Part shown: positions 40,032 through 49,156 of the stretch, one piece after another
Layout of the letters: each line of letters opens with the position of its first letter
How positions within the stretch are numbered: the first letter of the stretch is position 1
Source of the DNA: Paracoccaceae bacterium
Lineage (GTDB): Bacteria > Pseudomonadota > Alphaproteobacteria > Rhodobacterales > Rhodobacteraceae
Length of the DNA stretch: 64,000 bases
Direction: 5' to 3'
Assembly (NCBI GenBank): GCA_028875855.1
Contig: JAGWVA010000005.1
Span: forward strand, 27,535-91,534
Program-made: the position numbers and the translations under genes
Notes under the pieces: generated by a model
Database searches by the model: none
The model's input: the letters and a program-made list of their open reading frames with translations, nothing else
What the model was told of the DNA's origin: nothing

Positions 40032-41342
40032 ATGAATATGCTGCCAACCCATGTGTTCGCACCGCCCCCCCCGAAGACGCTGGCGGAAACCGGTCTTTCG
40101 GCCGTCATGATGCGGGATCTGTTGCTGAAGGCCATGTTCCGCATGAACCTGACGCAACTGACCGACATCTCGAACGTCCTGTGCGTGCCGCTGCCGATGG
40201 GGCAGGAACTGATCGACATCGCCCGCAGCCAGAGACTGGTCGAGGCGATGGGGACGATGAGCCCCACCTCCAGCGGAGACATGGCCTACCAGCTGACGGA
40301 CAACGGCAAGGCGCGGGCGCTCGATGCGCTCAGCCAGTCCGAATATTACGGGGCCCTGCCCGTGCCGTTGCGGATCTACCGCGATCAGGTCACACGGCAA
40401 TCGATCCGGAATATCCAGCTCACGCGCGACCAGCTCATGGCGGCGATGGGGCACCTGATCCTGCCCGACGGGCTTGTGCAGACGCTGGGGCCCGCGGTGA
40501 ACTCTGGGCGGTCGGTTCTGCTTTACGGGCCGCCGGGAAACGGGAAATCCTCGATCTCGAACGGCATCCGCGATGCGATGGCCGACAAGATCTTCGTGCC
40601 GCGCGCGCTGGAATATTCGGGCCAGATCATCACGGTCTATGACCCGATCGTGCATTCGCAGGCGCAGATGGCCGTGGACGATCCCAATTCGTTGCGCCGC
40701 AATTCCAACCGCTTCGACAACCGCTATGTCCTGTGCGACAGGCCGGCCGTCATCACGGGCGGCGAGCTGACGCTCGACATGCTCAACCTCAGCTACAACC
40801 CGGTGTCGCGAACCTATCAGGCACCGCTGCAACTGAAGGCGACGGGCGGGATCTTCATCATCGACGACCTTGGCCGTCAGAGCGATCCGCCACAGGCGCT
40901 CATCAACCGCTGGATCGTGCCGCTGGAAGAGCATCGGGATATTCTGACCCTGCAATCGGGCGAGAAACTCACCGTGCCCTTCGACACGCTGGTGATCTTC
41001 TCGACCAACTTCCACCCGAACGAGATCTTTGACGGCGCAGCGCTGCGAAGGATCTTCTACAAGATCAAGATCGACGGGCCGAACCAGGAACAGTTCCTGA
41101 AGATCTTCGCCATGGTGGCCCGCAAGCGGAAGATGCCGCTGGACGAGACGGCGCTCCTGCATCTGCTGCGGGAGAAATATCCGACCATCGACAATCGCTT
41201 CGCGAATTATCAGCCGGTCTTCCTGATCGACCAGATGATCGCGATCTGCGAATTCGAGGGCATCCCCTACCAGATGACGCCGGAACTGATCGACCGCGCA
41301 TGGGAGAACATGTTCGTGCGCGACGAGGTCATCGCGCGCTAA
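40032..41342 (+). CDS. Uncharacterised AAA+ ATPase at the distal end of the tad operon
   Basis: ATG preceded by GAGGA, 58 nt after cpaA on the same strand. Walker A GPPGNGKS, Walker B GGIFIIDDLGRQ, sensor-1-like LVIFSTN and Arg-finger-like GAALRRIFYK. About 170 aa of N-terminal domain with no TM segment. Confidence 0.8.
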   Translation: MNMLPTHVFAPPPPKTLAETGLSAVMMRDLLLKAMFRMNLTQLTDISNVLCVPLPMGQELIDIARSQRLVEAMGTMSPTSSGDMAYQLTDNGKARALDALSQSEYYGALPVPLRIYRDQVTRQSIRNIQLTRDQLMAAMGHLILPDGLVQTLGPAVNSGRSVLLYGPPGNGKSSISNGIRDAMADKIFVPRALEYSGQIITVYDPIVHSQAQMAVDDPNSLRRNSNRFDNRYVLCDRPAVITGGELTLDMLNLSYNPVSRTYQAPLQLKATGGIFIIDDLGRQSDPPQALINRWIVPLEEHRDILTLQSGEKLTVPFDTLVIFSTNFHPNEIFDGAALRRIFYKIKIDGPNQEQFLKIFAMVARKRKMPLDETALLHLLREKYPTIDNRFANYQPVFLIDQMIAICEFEGIPYQMTPELIDRAWENMFVRDEVIAR

Positions 41343-41382
41343 CCGGCGCGTGCCTCGGGGCAGCTGCGGGAGCCTCTGGCGG

Positions 41383-41404
41383 GGATATTTGCGGCCAAGA
41401 TGAA
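41383..41404 (-). repeat. Intergenic repeat, copy 3 (core only, inverted orientation)
   Basis: The plus strand reads GGATATTTGCGGCCAAGATGAA, the reverse complement of the TTCATCTTGGC.GCAAATATCC core of copies 1 and 2. It lies between the AAA+ gene and the helicase. Confidence 0.4.
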
Positions 41405-41457
41405 ACAAGGGCGCAAAGCGTCTTCGACAGCCGGGCGCGGCGATCTACACTCGGTCC

Positions 41458-43857
41458 ATGACCGCGCTTCCGACTGCCCTCGCCGACTGGTTTGCCACCC
41501 GTGACTGGGAGCTTCATCCCCATCAGCGCGAAATGCTCGCGCGGGCGGACGAGCCGTCGCTGTTGCTGATCGCGCCGACCGGGGGCGGAAAGACCCTTGC
41601 CGGGTTCCTGCCGACTTTGGCCGAACTGTCCGACGGCGCCCATGCGGGACTGCACACGATCTATATCTCGCCCCTGACGGCGCTGGCGGCTGACATCCGC
41701 CGCAACCTCCGTCGTCCGGTGGAAGAGGCGGGGCTGCCGATCCGGATCGAGGATCGGACCGGCGACACGAGCTACACCCAACGGCGCCGGCAAAGGGCCG
41801 ATCCGCCGCACATCCTTCTGACCACGCCGGAAAGCCTTGCCCTGCTCCTGAGCTATCCGGATGCGCCGCGGATATTTGCAGGGCTGAGCCGGGTGATCGT
41901 GGATGAGATCCATGCCCTTGCCGAATCCAAGCGGGGCGACCAGTTGATGCTGTGCCTGTCGCGGTTGCAGCGCCTGTGCCCCGGGCTGCGGCGTGTCGGC
42001 CTTTCCGCGACCGTGGAAGACCCGGCCGCGCTGGCCCGCTTCCTTGCCCCGACGTCCGGCACCTGCGCGATCCTCGAAGCCGATCCCGGCCCCGAGCCCG
42101 ACATTTCGATGCTGACGACGCGGGCCGAGCCGCCCTGGGCCGGAGGAGGCGGGCGCTACGCGATCCCGGATGTGCTGGAGATGGTCCGCCGCCATCGCAC
42201 CACGCTGATCTTCCACAATACGCGTGCGCAGGCCGAGATCTTCTTTCACGAGCTCTGGCTGCAAAACGACGAAGGCCTGCCCATCGGCATCCATCACGGC
42301 TCGCTGTCCCGGGAACAACGCGAAAGGGTCGAGTCCGCGATGGCGGCCGGGCAGTTGCGCGGTGTCGTCTGCACTGGCAGCCTCGATCTTGGCATCGACT
42401 GGGGCGACGTCGATCTGGTGATTCAGGTCGGCGCGCCAAAGAACGTCAAACGGCTGGTGCAACGGATCGGGCGGGCGAACCATCGCTACAACGCCCCGTC
42501 GAAGGCGGTGTTGGTTCCCGCGAACCGCTTCGAAGTCATCGAATGTCAGGCCGCCCTTGAGGCCGCGCGCGCCCATGAACTTGATGGCGAGCCGCGCGGG
42601 CCCGGCCCGCGGGACGTGCTGTGTCAGCATATCCTTCTGAGCGCCGCCGCAGGGCCGTTCGATGCCGACGCGCTTTACGCCGAAGTGGTCGATTGCGGCG
42701 CCTACGCGGGTCTGTCCCGGCCCGAATTCGACGCCTGCCTCGACTTCGCGGCCACGGGCGGCTACGCACTGCGCGCCTACGACCGATGGCAACGGATCGT
42801 GCAGCGCGATGGGTCGTGGCAGTTGCGCGACCCCCGTGCGGCCGCGCAGATCCGGATGAACCTTGGCACGATCATCGACACCGAGACGCTGAGCGTCCGG
42901 TTGCGGGGGCGCGGCGGCGCGCCGCTGGGCGAGGTCGAGGAAGCCTTTGCCTCGACGCTGACGCCGGGCGACACTTTTCTCATCGGCGGAGAGATCGTGC
43001 GGTACGAGGGACTGCGCGAACTGACCGTGGAAGTCAGCCGCAGCCCCGGCCGAAGCCCAAAGGTGGCTGTCTTCAATGGAACAAAATTTGCGACATCGAC
43101 GCTTCTGACCCATCGTATTCTTGATCTTTTGCAACAAACCGACTGGCCAGAGCTTCCTGAACACACGCGGCGCTGGTTGGCGCTGCAACGCGACGTTTCC
43201 CGCCTGCCAGAGCCCGACAGGCTGTTGCTGGAGAGCTTCCCGCACGACGGCAGGGAGCATCTGTGCCTCTACGGCTTTGCTGGCCGGAACGCGCAGCAGA
43301 CGCTTGGCCTCCTGCTGACCAAGCGTATGGAGGACAGCGGGCTGCACCCGCTCGGCTTCGTGGCGACCGATTACGCGACGCTGATCTGGGGTCTTGATCC
43401 GGTGACAGAGGTTGGGGGCCTGCTTGCCCCCGAGGCGTTGCGCGCAGGTCTTGAGACCTGGCTTGCCGGCAACGCGGTGATGAAACGGACCTTCCGCGCC
43501 TCGGCCATCATCGCGGGCCTGATCGAGCGCAACAGCCCGGGGCGGCGCAAGAGCGGGCGACAGGCAACCTTTTCGTCCGATATCCTTTACGACACCTTGC
43601 GCAAATACGATCCCAACCACGTTCTGATGCAGATCACCCGGGAGGAGGCGCTGCGTGGCCTTGTCGATTTCGGCCGGATCGAAGAGATGCTGGCGCGCAT
43701 CGGACCACGGGTGGACCTCGTTCGTCTGGACCGGGTCACGCCATTCGCGGCGCCCCTCTTGCTGGAGCCCGGCCGCATTCCGGTCGAAGGCGCGGCGCGC
43801 GAACGGCTTCTGGCGGAAGCAACGCAACGCCTTCTGAGCGCGGCTGGCCTCAGCTGA
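41458..43857 (+). CDS. Lhr-type DEXH-box helicase (ligase-associated DNA damage response helicase)
   Basis: 799 aa. APTGGGKT, VIVDEIHAL, SAT, a helicase C-domain and an Lhr-like WH/C-terminal extension. It is followed by pdeM. Confidence 0.85.
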   Translation: MTALPTALADWFATRDWELHPHQREMLARADEPSLLLIAPTGGGKTLAGFLPTLAELSDGAHAGLHTIYISPLTALAADIRRNLRRPVEEAGLPIRIEDRTGDTSYTQRRRQRADPPHILLTTPESLALLLSYPDAPRIFAGLSRVIVDEIHALAESKRGDQLMLCLSRLQRLCPGLRRVGLSATVEDPAALARFLAPTSGTCAILEADPGPEPDISMLTTRAEPPWAGGGGRYAIPDVLEMVRRHRTTLIFHNTRAQAEIFFHELWLQNDEGLPIGIHHGSLSREQRERVESAMAAGQLRGVVCTGSLDLGIDWGDVDLVIQVGAPKNVKRLVQRIGRANHRYNAPSKAVLVPANRFEVIECQAALEAARAHELDGEPRGPGPRDVLCQHILLSAAAGPFDADALYAEVVDCGAYAGLSRPEFDACLDFAATGGYALRAYDRWQRIVQRDGSWQLRDPRAAAQIRMNLGTIIDTETLSVRLRGRGGAPLGEVEEAFASTLTPGDTFLIGGEIVRYEGLRELTVEVSRSPGRSPKVAVFNGTKFATSTLLTHRILDLLQQTDWPELPEHTRRWLALQRDVSRLPEPDRLLLESFPHDGREHLCLYGFAGRNAQQTLGLLLTKRMEDSGLHPLGFVATDYATLIWGLDPVTEVGGLLAPEALRAGLETWLAGNAVMKRTFRASAIIAGLIERNSPGRRKSGRQATFSSDILYDTLRKYDPNHVLMQITREEALRGLVDFGRIEEMLARIGPRVDLVRLDRVTPFAAPLLLEPGRIPVEGAARERLLAEATQRLLSAAGLS

Positions 43858-43896
43858 CCCCTTGCCAAGGTGCGGGGCAAGCGGCACTTCCTTGGT

Positions 43897-44592
43897 ATGG
43901 CTGGACTGTCCCTCACCTTCTGCGGCACCGATTTGATCGCATTGCCCACCGGCGCATTGTGGTGGCAAGCCGAGCGGCTTCTCGTCGTGTCGGACCTTCA
44001 TCTGGGTCGGTCGGAGCGGATCGCGCGGCGGGGCGGCTCGTTGCTGCCGCCTTACGAGACGCACGATACGCTCGCGCGGCTCGACGCCGACATACAGGCG
44101 ATGAACCCCGCCAGCGTCATCTGCCTGGGCGACAGTTTCGACGACAGCGCCGCAGCCGAGGCCATGGAAGACGCATCGACCCTGTGGCTTACGCGCCTGA
44201 TGGCAGGTCGGCACTGGATCTGGATCGAAGGCAACCACGATCCCGGCCCGATCAGCCTCGGCGGCACGCATCTGGCAAGCGTCACCCGCGGCCCGCTGAC
44301 CTTTCGCCACATCGCGGAACCGAAGGCTTACGCCGAAATTTCAGGTCATTACCACCCGAAGTTCACGTTAATCGCGCGCGGGCAAAGGCTCAGTCGCCCT
44401 TGCCTGCTGATCGACGACCGTCGGATCATCCTGCCGGCTTATGGCACTTACACCGGGGGGCTGCCCTGCACCGACCCCGCGCTTGCGGCCCTGATCGGCC
44501 CCGAGGGGCGCGCGGTTCTGCTGGGGTCTTCGCCGGTTTCCCTGCCGCTGCCGTCGCGCAACGGCAGGCCAAGGGCCAGCACCGCGTCCTGA
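43897..44592 (+). CDS. pdeM: Ligase-associated DNA damage response metallophosphoesterase PdeM
   Basis: LVVSDLHLGR, CLGDSFDD and EGNHD metallophosphoesterase motifs. I prefer the ATG at 43897 to the GTG at 43870. Confidence 0.8.
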   Translation: MAGLSLTFCGTDLIALPTGALWWQAERLLVVSDLHLGRSERIARRGGSLLPPYETHDTLARLDADIQAMNPASVICLGDSFDDSAAAEAMEDASTLWLTRLMAGRHWIWIEGNHDPGPISLGGTHLASVTRGPLTFRHIAEPKAYAEISGHYHPKFTLIARGQRLSRPCLLIDDRRIILPAYGTYTGGLPCTDPALAALIGPEGRAVLLGSSPVSLPLPSRNGRPRASTAS

Positions 44593-45341
44593 TAGCTTCT
44601 GCTGACGGGAAGGGATCGACCGTCCCGCAGGCGCACGAAAAGCCGGCCCGCAATACGGTCGATGGCAAGGATCGCCGTCACCGCGATCCAATGCGAGCGA
44701 TGGACCCGCAGGCCTCGAACCCCTTCCAGTTCGTCAAGCGCATCGGCGAAGCGCATCAAAAGGCTGACCTGCCCGCGATCGGTGGTGACTTCGACATAAT
44801 GGTCGCGCACGGACAGGCTGACGATGTCGCCGCGCAGATCGGGCTCGATCCGGTTCAGAAGGCGGCAGGGGGCCGCGTCCTCATCCGGTCGCCTGCCCTC
44901 CGCGCTGCGGGCGATCGGATCGATGAAGACCCGCCAGGTCACGCTTTCGAGCAGCGACGACAGATAGACCGCGATCCAGACCGCCCCCAGCGGCATGTCG
45001 ATTTGCCAGAACGCGACGACGACCGCGTCGTTGAAAAGCACGACGGCCGGGGCATAGATCGTGGCGAGCGCGAGAGACACCACCATCCCCCGCGGCCAGC
45101 GTTCCATCTTGCCCAGAGAGGGGCGCAGGGTCCGGCGGCATACCTTGGCGACGGGAATCGCGCCGCCAAGGACGAAGGTCCAGTAGATCAAACGGGGCAG
45201 CGTCGGCATGGCGTCGAAGGTGCCAAAGGGGCCGACATATCCGACAAGCACCGACACGGAGAGCCAGAGCATGATGACCCGGGGAGAGAAGGACTGCGTG
45301 AGCCAGGTCGTTAGATCGTCTTTCCCCAACAGTTTGCGCAA
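44448..45341 (-). CDS. LytTR-domain membrane protein
   Basis: Four N-terminal hydrophobic segments, then a LytTR-like segment IVSLSVRDHYVEVTTDRGQVSLLMRFADALDEL...GLRVHRSHWIA. The start is uncertain (TTG at 45341 or an internal ATG). Confidence 0.7.
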   Translation of the reverse strand: MRKLLGKDDLTTWLTQSFSPRVIMLWLSVSVLVGYVGPFGTFDAMPTLPRLIYWTFVLGGAIPVAKVCRRTLRPSLGKMERWPRGMVVSLALATIYAPAVVLFNDAVVVAFWQIDMPLGAVWIAVYLSSLLESVTWRVFIDPIARSAEGRRPDEDAAPCRLLNRIEPDLRGDIVSLSVRDHYVEVTTDRGQVSLLMRFADALDELEGVRGLRVHRSHWIAVTAILAIDRIAGRLFVRLRDGRSLPVSRSYQDAVLALGLPLRDGSGRETGEDPSRTARPSGPIRAASAGSVQGSPPV

Positions 45342-45438
45342 CCTTCTTTCGCGTCATCCCCTTTCGAGATAGCAATATGTTCCGCTTGGGACAAGATGGC
45401 AGTGTCTTGCCCCTTCCGGTTGCCATCGGGGCGTGCGG

Positions 45439-46329
45439 TCAGGCGGTCAGGCCTGTCGGCTCCGGCAGGCCGTTGGCGCGGCAGCACGCCGTCAGCGTAT
45501 TGGCCAGAAGGCAGGCGATGGTCATGGGGCCGACGCCGCCCGGCACCGGGGTGATGGCGCCCGCCACGGTGACCGCCGAGGCAAAATCGACATCGCCCAC
45601 CAGTTTCGTCTTGTCACCCAGTGCGATGCGGTTGATGCCGACGTCGATCACGGTGGCGCCCGGCTTCACCCAGTCGCCCTTGACCATTTCGGGCCGGCCC
45701 ACCGCGGCCACAAGGATGTCGGCACGGCGGCACACTTCGGGGAGGTCCTTGGTGCGGCTGTGCGCAATGGTGACCGTGCAGCTGTCGCCCAGCAAAAGCT
45801 GCGCCATCGGTTTGCCGACGATGTTCGAGCGCCCCACGACGACGGCGTTCAGCCCCGACAGCGAACCGAGGTGATCGCGCAGCAGCATGAGACAGCCGAG
45901 CGGCGTGCAGGGCACCATCGACTTCTGCCCCGTGCCAAGCAGGCCGACGTTCGAAATGTGGAATCCGTCCACATCCTTCGCCGGATCGATCGCGTTGATG
46001 ATGAGGTCGGAGTTCAGATGAGAAGGCAGGGGCAACTGCACGAGAATGCCGTGAACTTCGGGATCGGCATTCAGCTTCTCGACCAGCGACAGCAGCTCTT
46101 GTTCTGACGTGTCGGCGGGCAGCTTATGTTCGAAAGAGGCCATGCCCGCCTCGACCGTCTGCTTGCCTTTCGAGCGCACATAGACCTCGCTGGCGGGGTC
46201 CTCGCCGACGAGGACCACGGCGAGCCCCGGTGTCAGGCCGTGTTCGGCCTTCAGCCGGGCCACATGCTCGGCCACCTGCGCGCGCACCATTGCCGCGAAG
46301 GCCTTTCCGTCGATGATCGTGGCGGTCAT
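45439..46329 (-). CDS. folD: Bifunctional methylene-THF dehydrogenase / methenyl-THF cyclohydrolase
   Basis: From the ATG at 46327-46329: [12 protein letters not shown]... with canonical YVRSK, VQLPLP, DVDGFH and [10 protein letters not shown]. Confidence 0.9.
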   Translation of the reverse strand: MTATIIDGKAFAAMVRAQVAEHVARLKAEHGLTPGLAVVLVGEDPASEVYVRSKGKQTVEAGMASFEHKLPADTSEQELLSLVEKLNADPEVHGILVQLPLPSHLNSDLIINAIDPAKDVDGFHISNVGLLGTGQKSMVPCTPLGCLMLLRDHLGSLSGLNAVVVGRSNIVGKPMAQLLLGDSCTVTIAHSRTKDLPEVCRRADILVAAVGRPEMVKGDWVKPGATVIDVGINRIALGDKTKLVGDVDFASAVTVAGAITPVPGGVGPMTIACLLANTLTACCRANGLPEPTGLTA

Positions 46330-46339
46330 GTCTTGTCCC

Positions 46340-47236
46340 TCATTCAGCGGCGGCAAAGGCCTGCCGGTAATGGTCCATCTGCAGGCGCGTCGCCAGCACG
46401 GCGTTCTTCATCAGCGTCGCTACCGTGACCGGCCCGACACCGCCTGGCACAGGCGTGATCCAGCCCGCGACCTCGGCGCAGCTTTCGAAATCGGCATCGC
46501 CCACCGTGCGGGGGCCGTCCAGCCCCTCCACCCGGTTGATGCCGATGTCGATCAGCGCCGCGCCAGGCTTCAGCATCTCGCCCGTCACCAGCCCCGGCTT
46601 TCCCACGGCCACGAAGACCGCATCGGCCCGCCGCGAATGGACGGAAACCTGCCGCGTCATGTGATGGCAGACGGTCACGGTCGCGCCAAGACCCATCATC
46701 AGGAAGGCGATCGGCTTGCCAACGATTTCGCTGTGGCCGATCACGGTGACGTCGAGCCCCTCGACCTTCAGCGGCAGCGTCTTGAGGATCTCGACCGCCG
46801 CGACCGCCGTGCAGGGGCCAAGTGCCAGGTCGTTGTAAACGATGTTCCCGATCGAGGCCGGGTGCATCCCCTCGACATCCTTGAGCGGATGCACGGCCTT
46901 TTGCAGCGCCTTCACCGGAATATGCGCGGGCAGCGGACGCTGGATGATTATGCCGTTCACGCGCGGATCGGCGTTGAGGCCCTGCAGCACGCCCACAAGC
47001 TGTTCAAGGCTGATCTCGGCGGGATAGTTGCGCGCCTCGAAGCCGACGCCCGCGGCTGCGGCCTGACGGCTTTGGTTGCGCACGTAAAGCTCGGCCGCGG
47101 CCACGTCGCCCACCGAGATCGACACAAGCCGGGGCGCCCAGCCGAGCTCGGTCAGCGCGGCGGCCTCTTGTGCGGTCTCTGCGCGCATCTTCGCGGCGAT
47201 GGCGCGGCCGTCGATGATCGTCGCGCTCATGGTCAT
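46340..47236 (-). CDS. Divergent FolD paralog (YxxxK lysine replaced by Gln)
   Basis: FolD-like over its full length ([10 protein letters not shown]..., [12 protein letters not shown]) but with YVRNQ, IQRPLP, DVEGMH and GPCTA. It lies 10 nt upstream of folD and 58 nt downstream of fhs. Confidence 0.8.
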   Translation of the reverse strand: MTMSATIIDGRAIAAKMRAETAQEAAALTELGWAPRLVSISVGDVAAAELYVRNQSRQAAAAGVGFEARNYPAEISLEQLVGVLQGLNADPRVNGIIIQRPLPAHIPVKALQKAVHPLKDVEGMHPASIGNIVYNDLALGPCTAVAAVEILKTLPLKVEGLDVTVIGHSEIVGKPIAFLMMGLGATVTVCHHMTRQVSVHSRRADAVFVAVGKPGLVTGEMLKPGAALIDIGINRVEGLDGPRTVGDADFESCAEVAGWITPVPGGVGPVTVATLMKNAVLATRLQMDHYRQAFAAAE

Positions 47237-47294
47237 TCCCCAGTGGTCAGGGGGCCGCCTTCGGAAAGGCAGCCCCGGTTCGTGTCGCGACGGC

Positions 47295-48971
47295 TCAGAA
47301 CAGGCCTTCGATGTTGCCGTTGGCGTCCAGCCGGATCACTTCGGCCGAAGGTTGGCGCGGAAGGCCCGGCATGGTCATGATCTCACCGCAGATGACCACG
47401 ATGAAACCCGCACCGGCCGACAGACGCACCTCACGCACCGGCACCGAATGGCCCGTGGGCGCGCCGCGCAGGTTCGGATCGGTCGAGAAGCTGTATTGCG
47501 TCTTGGCCATGCAGATCGGCAGATGGCCATAGCCCGCCTGTTCCCACGCCTTGAGCTGATCGCGGATCGACTTGTCGGCCAGCACCTCGTCGGCATGGTA
47601 GATGCGCTTGGCGATGGTCTCGATCTTCTCGAACAGGGGCATCTCGTCGGGATAGATCGGCGCAAAGTTGGCCTTGCCGCTTTCCGCCAGTTCCACCACC
47701 TTGCGGGCCAGATCCTCGATCCCGGCAGAGCCCTGCGCCCAGTGCTTGCACAGGATAGCTTCGGCGCCCTGCTGGGCCACGTAGTCCTTCACCGCCTGAA
47801 TCTCGGCATCCGTGTCGCTATAGAAGTGGTTGATCGCGACCACGACCGGCACGCCGAAGCTTTTCACGTTGGCGATGTGACGGCCAAGGTTGGGGCAGCC
47901 CTTCTTCACGGCATCCACGTTTTCCGCGCCGAGGTCGGCCTTGGCCACGCCGCCGTTCATCTTCATCGCGCGCACCGTCGCCACGATGACCGCCGCCGAG
48001 GGGCTGAGGCCGGCCTTGCGGCACTTGATGTCAAAGAACTTCTCGGCCCCGAGATCGGCTCCAAAGCCCGCCTCGGTCACCACGTATTCGCCCAGCCGCA
48101 GCGCGGTCTGCGTCGCGATGACCGAGTTGCAGCCATGCGCGATGTTGGCGAAGGGCCCGCCATGGACGAAGGCAGGGTTGTTCTCGAGCGTTTGCACGAG
48201 GTTCGGCTGCATCGCGTCCTTGAGCAGCACTGTCATCGCGCCATCCGCCTTGATGTCGCGGCAGTAGATCGGCGACTTGTCGCGGCGATAGGCGACGACG
48301 ATGTTGCCAAGCCGGGTCTGAAGGTCTTCCAGATCGTTCGAAAGGCACAGGATCGCCATGACTTCCGAGGCGACCGTGATGTCAAAGCCGGTCTGGCGCG
48401 GGAAGCCGTTCGCCACGCCGCCCAGCGACACGACGATGTCGCGCAGCGCGCGGTCGTTCATGTCCATCACCCGCCGCCAGGTCACGCGACGTTCGTCGAT
48501 GCCCAGTTCGTTGCCCCAGTAGATGTGGTTGTCGATCATCGCGCTGAGCAGGTTGTGCGCGCTGGTGATCGCATGGAAGTCGCCGGTGAAATGCAGGTTC
48601 ATCTCTTCCATCGGCACGACCTGCGCCATGCCACCGCCGGCAGCCCCGCCCTTCATGCCGAAGTTCGGACCCAGCGAGGCTTCGCGGATGCAGATGACGG
48701 CCTTCTTGCCGATCCGGTTCAGCCCGTCGCCAAGACCCACTGTCGTCGTGGTCTTGCCCTCGCCCGCGGGCGTCGGGTTGATCGCGGTGACCAGCACCAG
48801 CTTGCCCTTGGGCTTGCCTTCAAGGCTCTTGATGAACTCCTGGCCCACCTTCGCCTTGTCATGGCCGTAAGGCAGCAGATGTTCGGACGGAATGCCCAGC
48901 TTTGCCCCGATCTCCTGGATCGGCTTTTTCTTGGCTTCACGCGCGATTTCGATGTCGGTTTTCACGGCCAT
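47295..48971 (-). CDS. fhs: Formate--tetrahydrofolate ligase
   Basis: From the ATG at 48969-48971 (GGGAGAGAG upstream): [14 protein letters not shown]...[14 protein letters not shown]...EPALVQTLE-like PNLVQTLE. 558 aa. Confidence 0.95.
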   Translation of the reverse strand: MAVKTDIEIAREAKKKPIQEIGAKLGIPSEHLLPYGHDKAKVGQEFIKSLEGKPKGKLVLVTAINPTPAGEGKTTTTVGLGDGLNRIGKKAVICIREASLGPNFGMKGGAAGGGMAQVVPMEEMNLHFTGDFHAITSAHNLLSAMIDNHIYWGNELGIDERRVTWRRVMDMNDRALRDIVVSLGGVANGFPRQTGFDITVASEVMAILCLSNDLEDLQTRLGNIVVAYRRDKSPIYCRDIKADGAMTVLLKDAMQPNLVQTLENNPAFVHGGPFANIAHGCNSVIATQTALRLGEYVVTEAGFGADLGAEKFFDIKCRKAGLSPSAAVIVATVRAMKMNGGVAKADLGAENVDAVKKGCPNLGRHIANVKSFGVPVVVAINHFYSDTDAEIQAVKDYVAQQGAEAILCKHWAQGSAGIEDLARKVVELAESGKANFAPIYPDEMPLFEKIETIAKRIYHADEVLADKSIRDQLKAWEQAGYGHLPICMAKTQYSFSTDPNLRGAPTGHSVPVREVRLSAGAGFIVVICGEIMTMPGLPRQPSAEVIRLDANGNIEGLF

Positions 48972-49100
48972 GTCTCTCTCCCTGCGGCATCGTCGATTGC
49001 CACCTGTTTCGCCTATATCGACCGCCGTCCGCCATGGCAGGGGCGATTGCGACGCCTTCCGCGCCAAATTCGCCAGTCAGCGTTTCCGATGGGAAAGGAC
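48972..49100 (-). ncRNA. Candidate ZTP (pfl-motif) riboswitch-like leader of fhs
   Basis: The minus-strand leader contains CUGACUGGCGAA (plus strand 49069-49080), which matches my recollection of the conserved J1/2 core of the pfl motif. A long hairpin CGGCGGUCGAU...AUCGACGAUGCCG then ends at the SD. The 3' CCGCCUGGGC box is only approximately present (GCCGCAGGGAG). Confidence 0.3.
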
Positions 49101-49156
49101 CGGCGCGGATGAATGCAACATTTCGCGAGCGGGCAAGCCAGACTGTGCCACCCGGG

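Noticed and set aside
29840-41408. Long minus-strand ORFs across the tad locus (29840..32371, 32422..33804, 35994..38009, 39639..41408)
   Set aside because: All are antisense to well-supported tad genes and have shadow-ORF composition (R, G, A, D, H, P rich).
41329-44310. 993-aa minus-strand ORF
   Set aside because: It is an antisense shadow of the Lhr-type helicase and pdeM, with no recognisable motifs.
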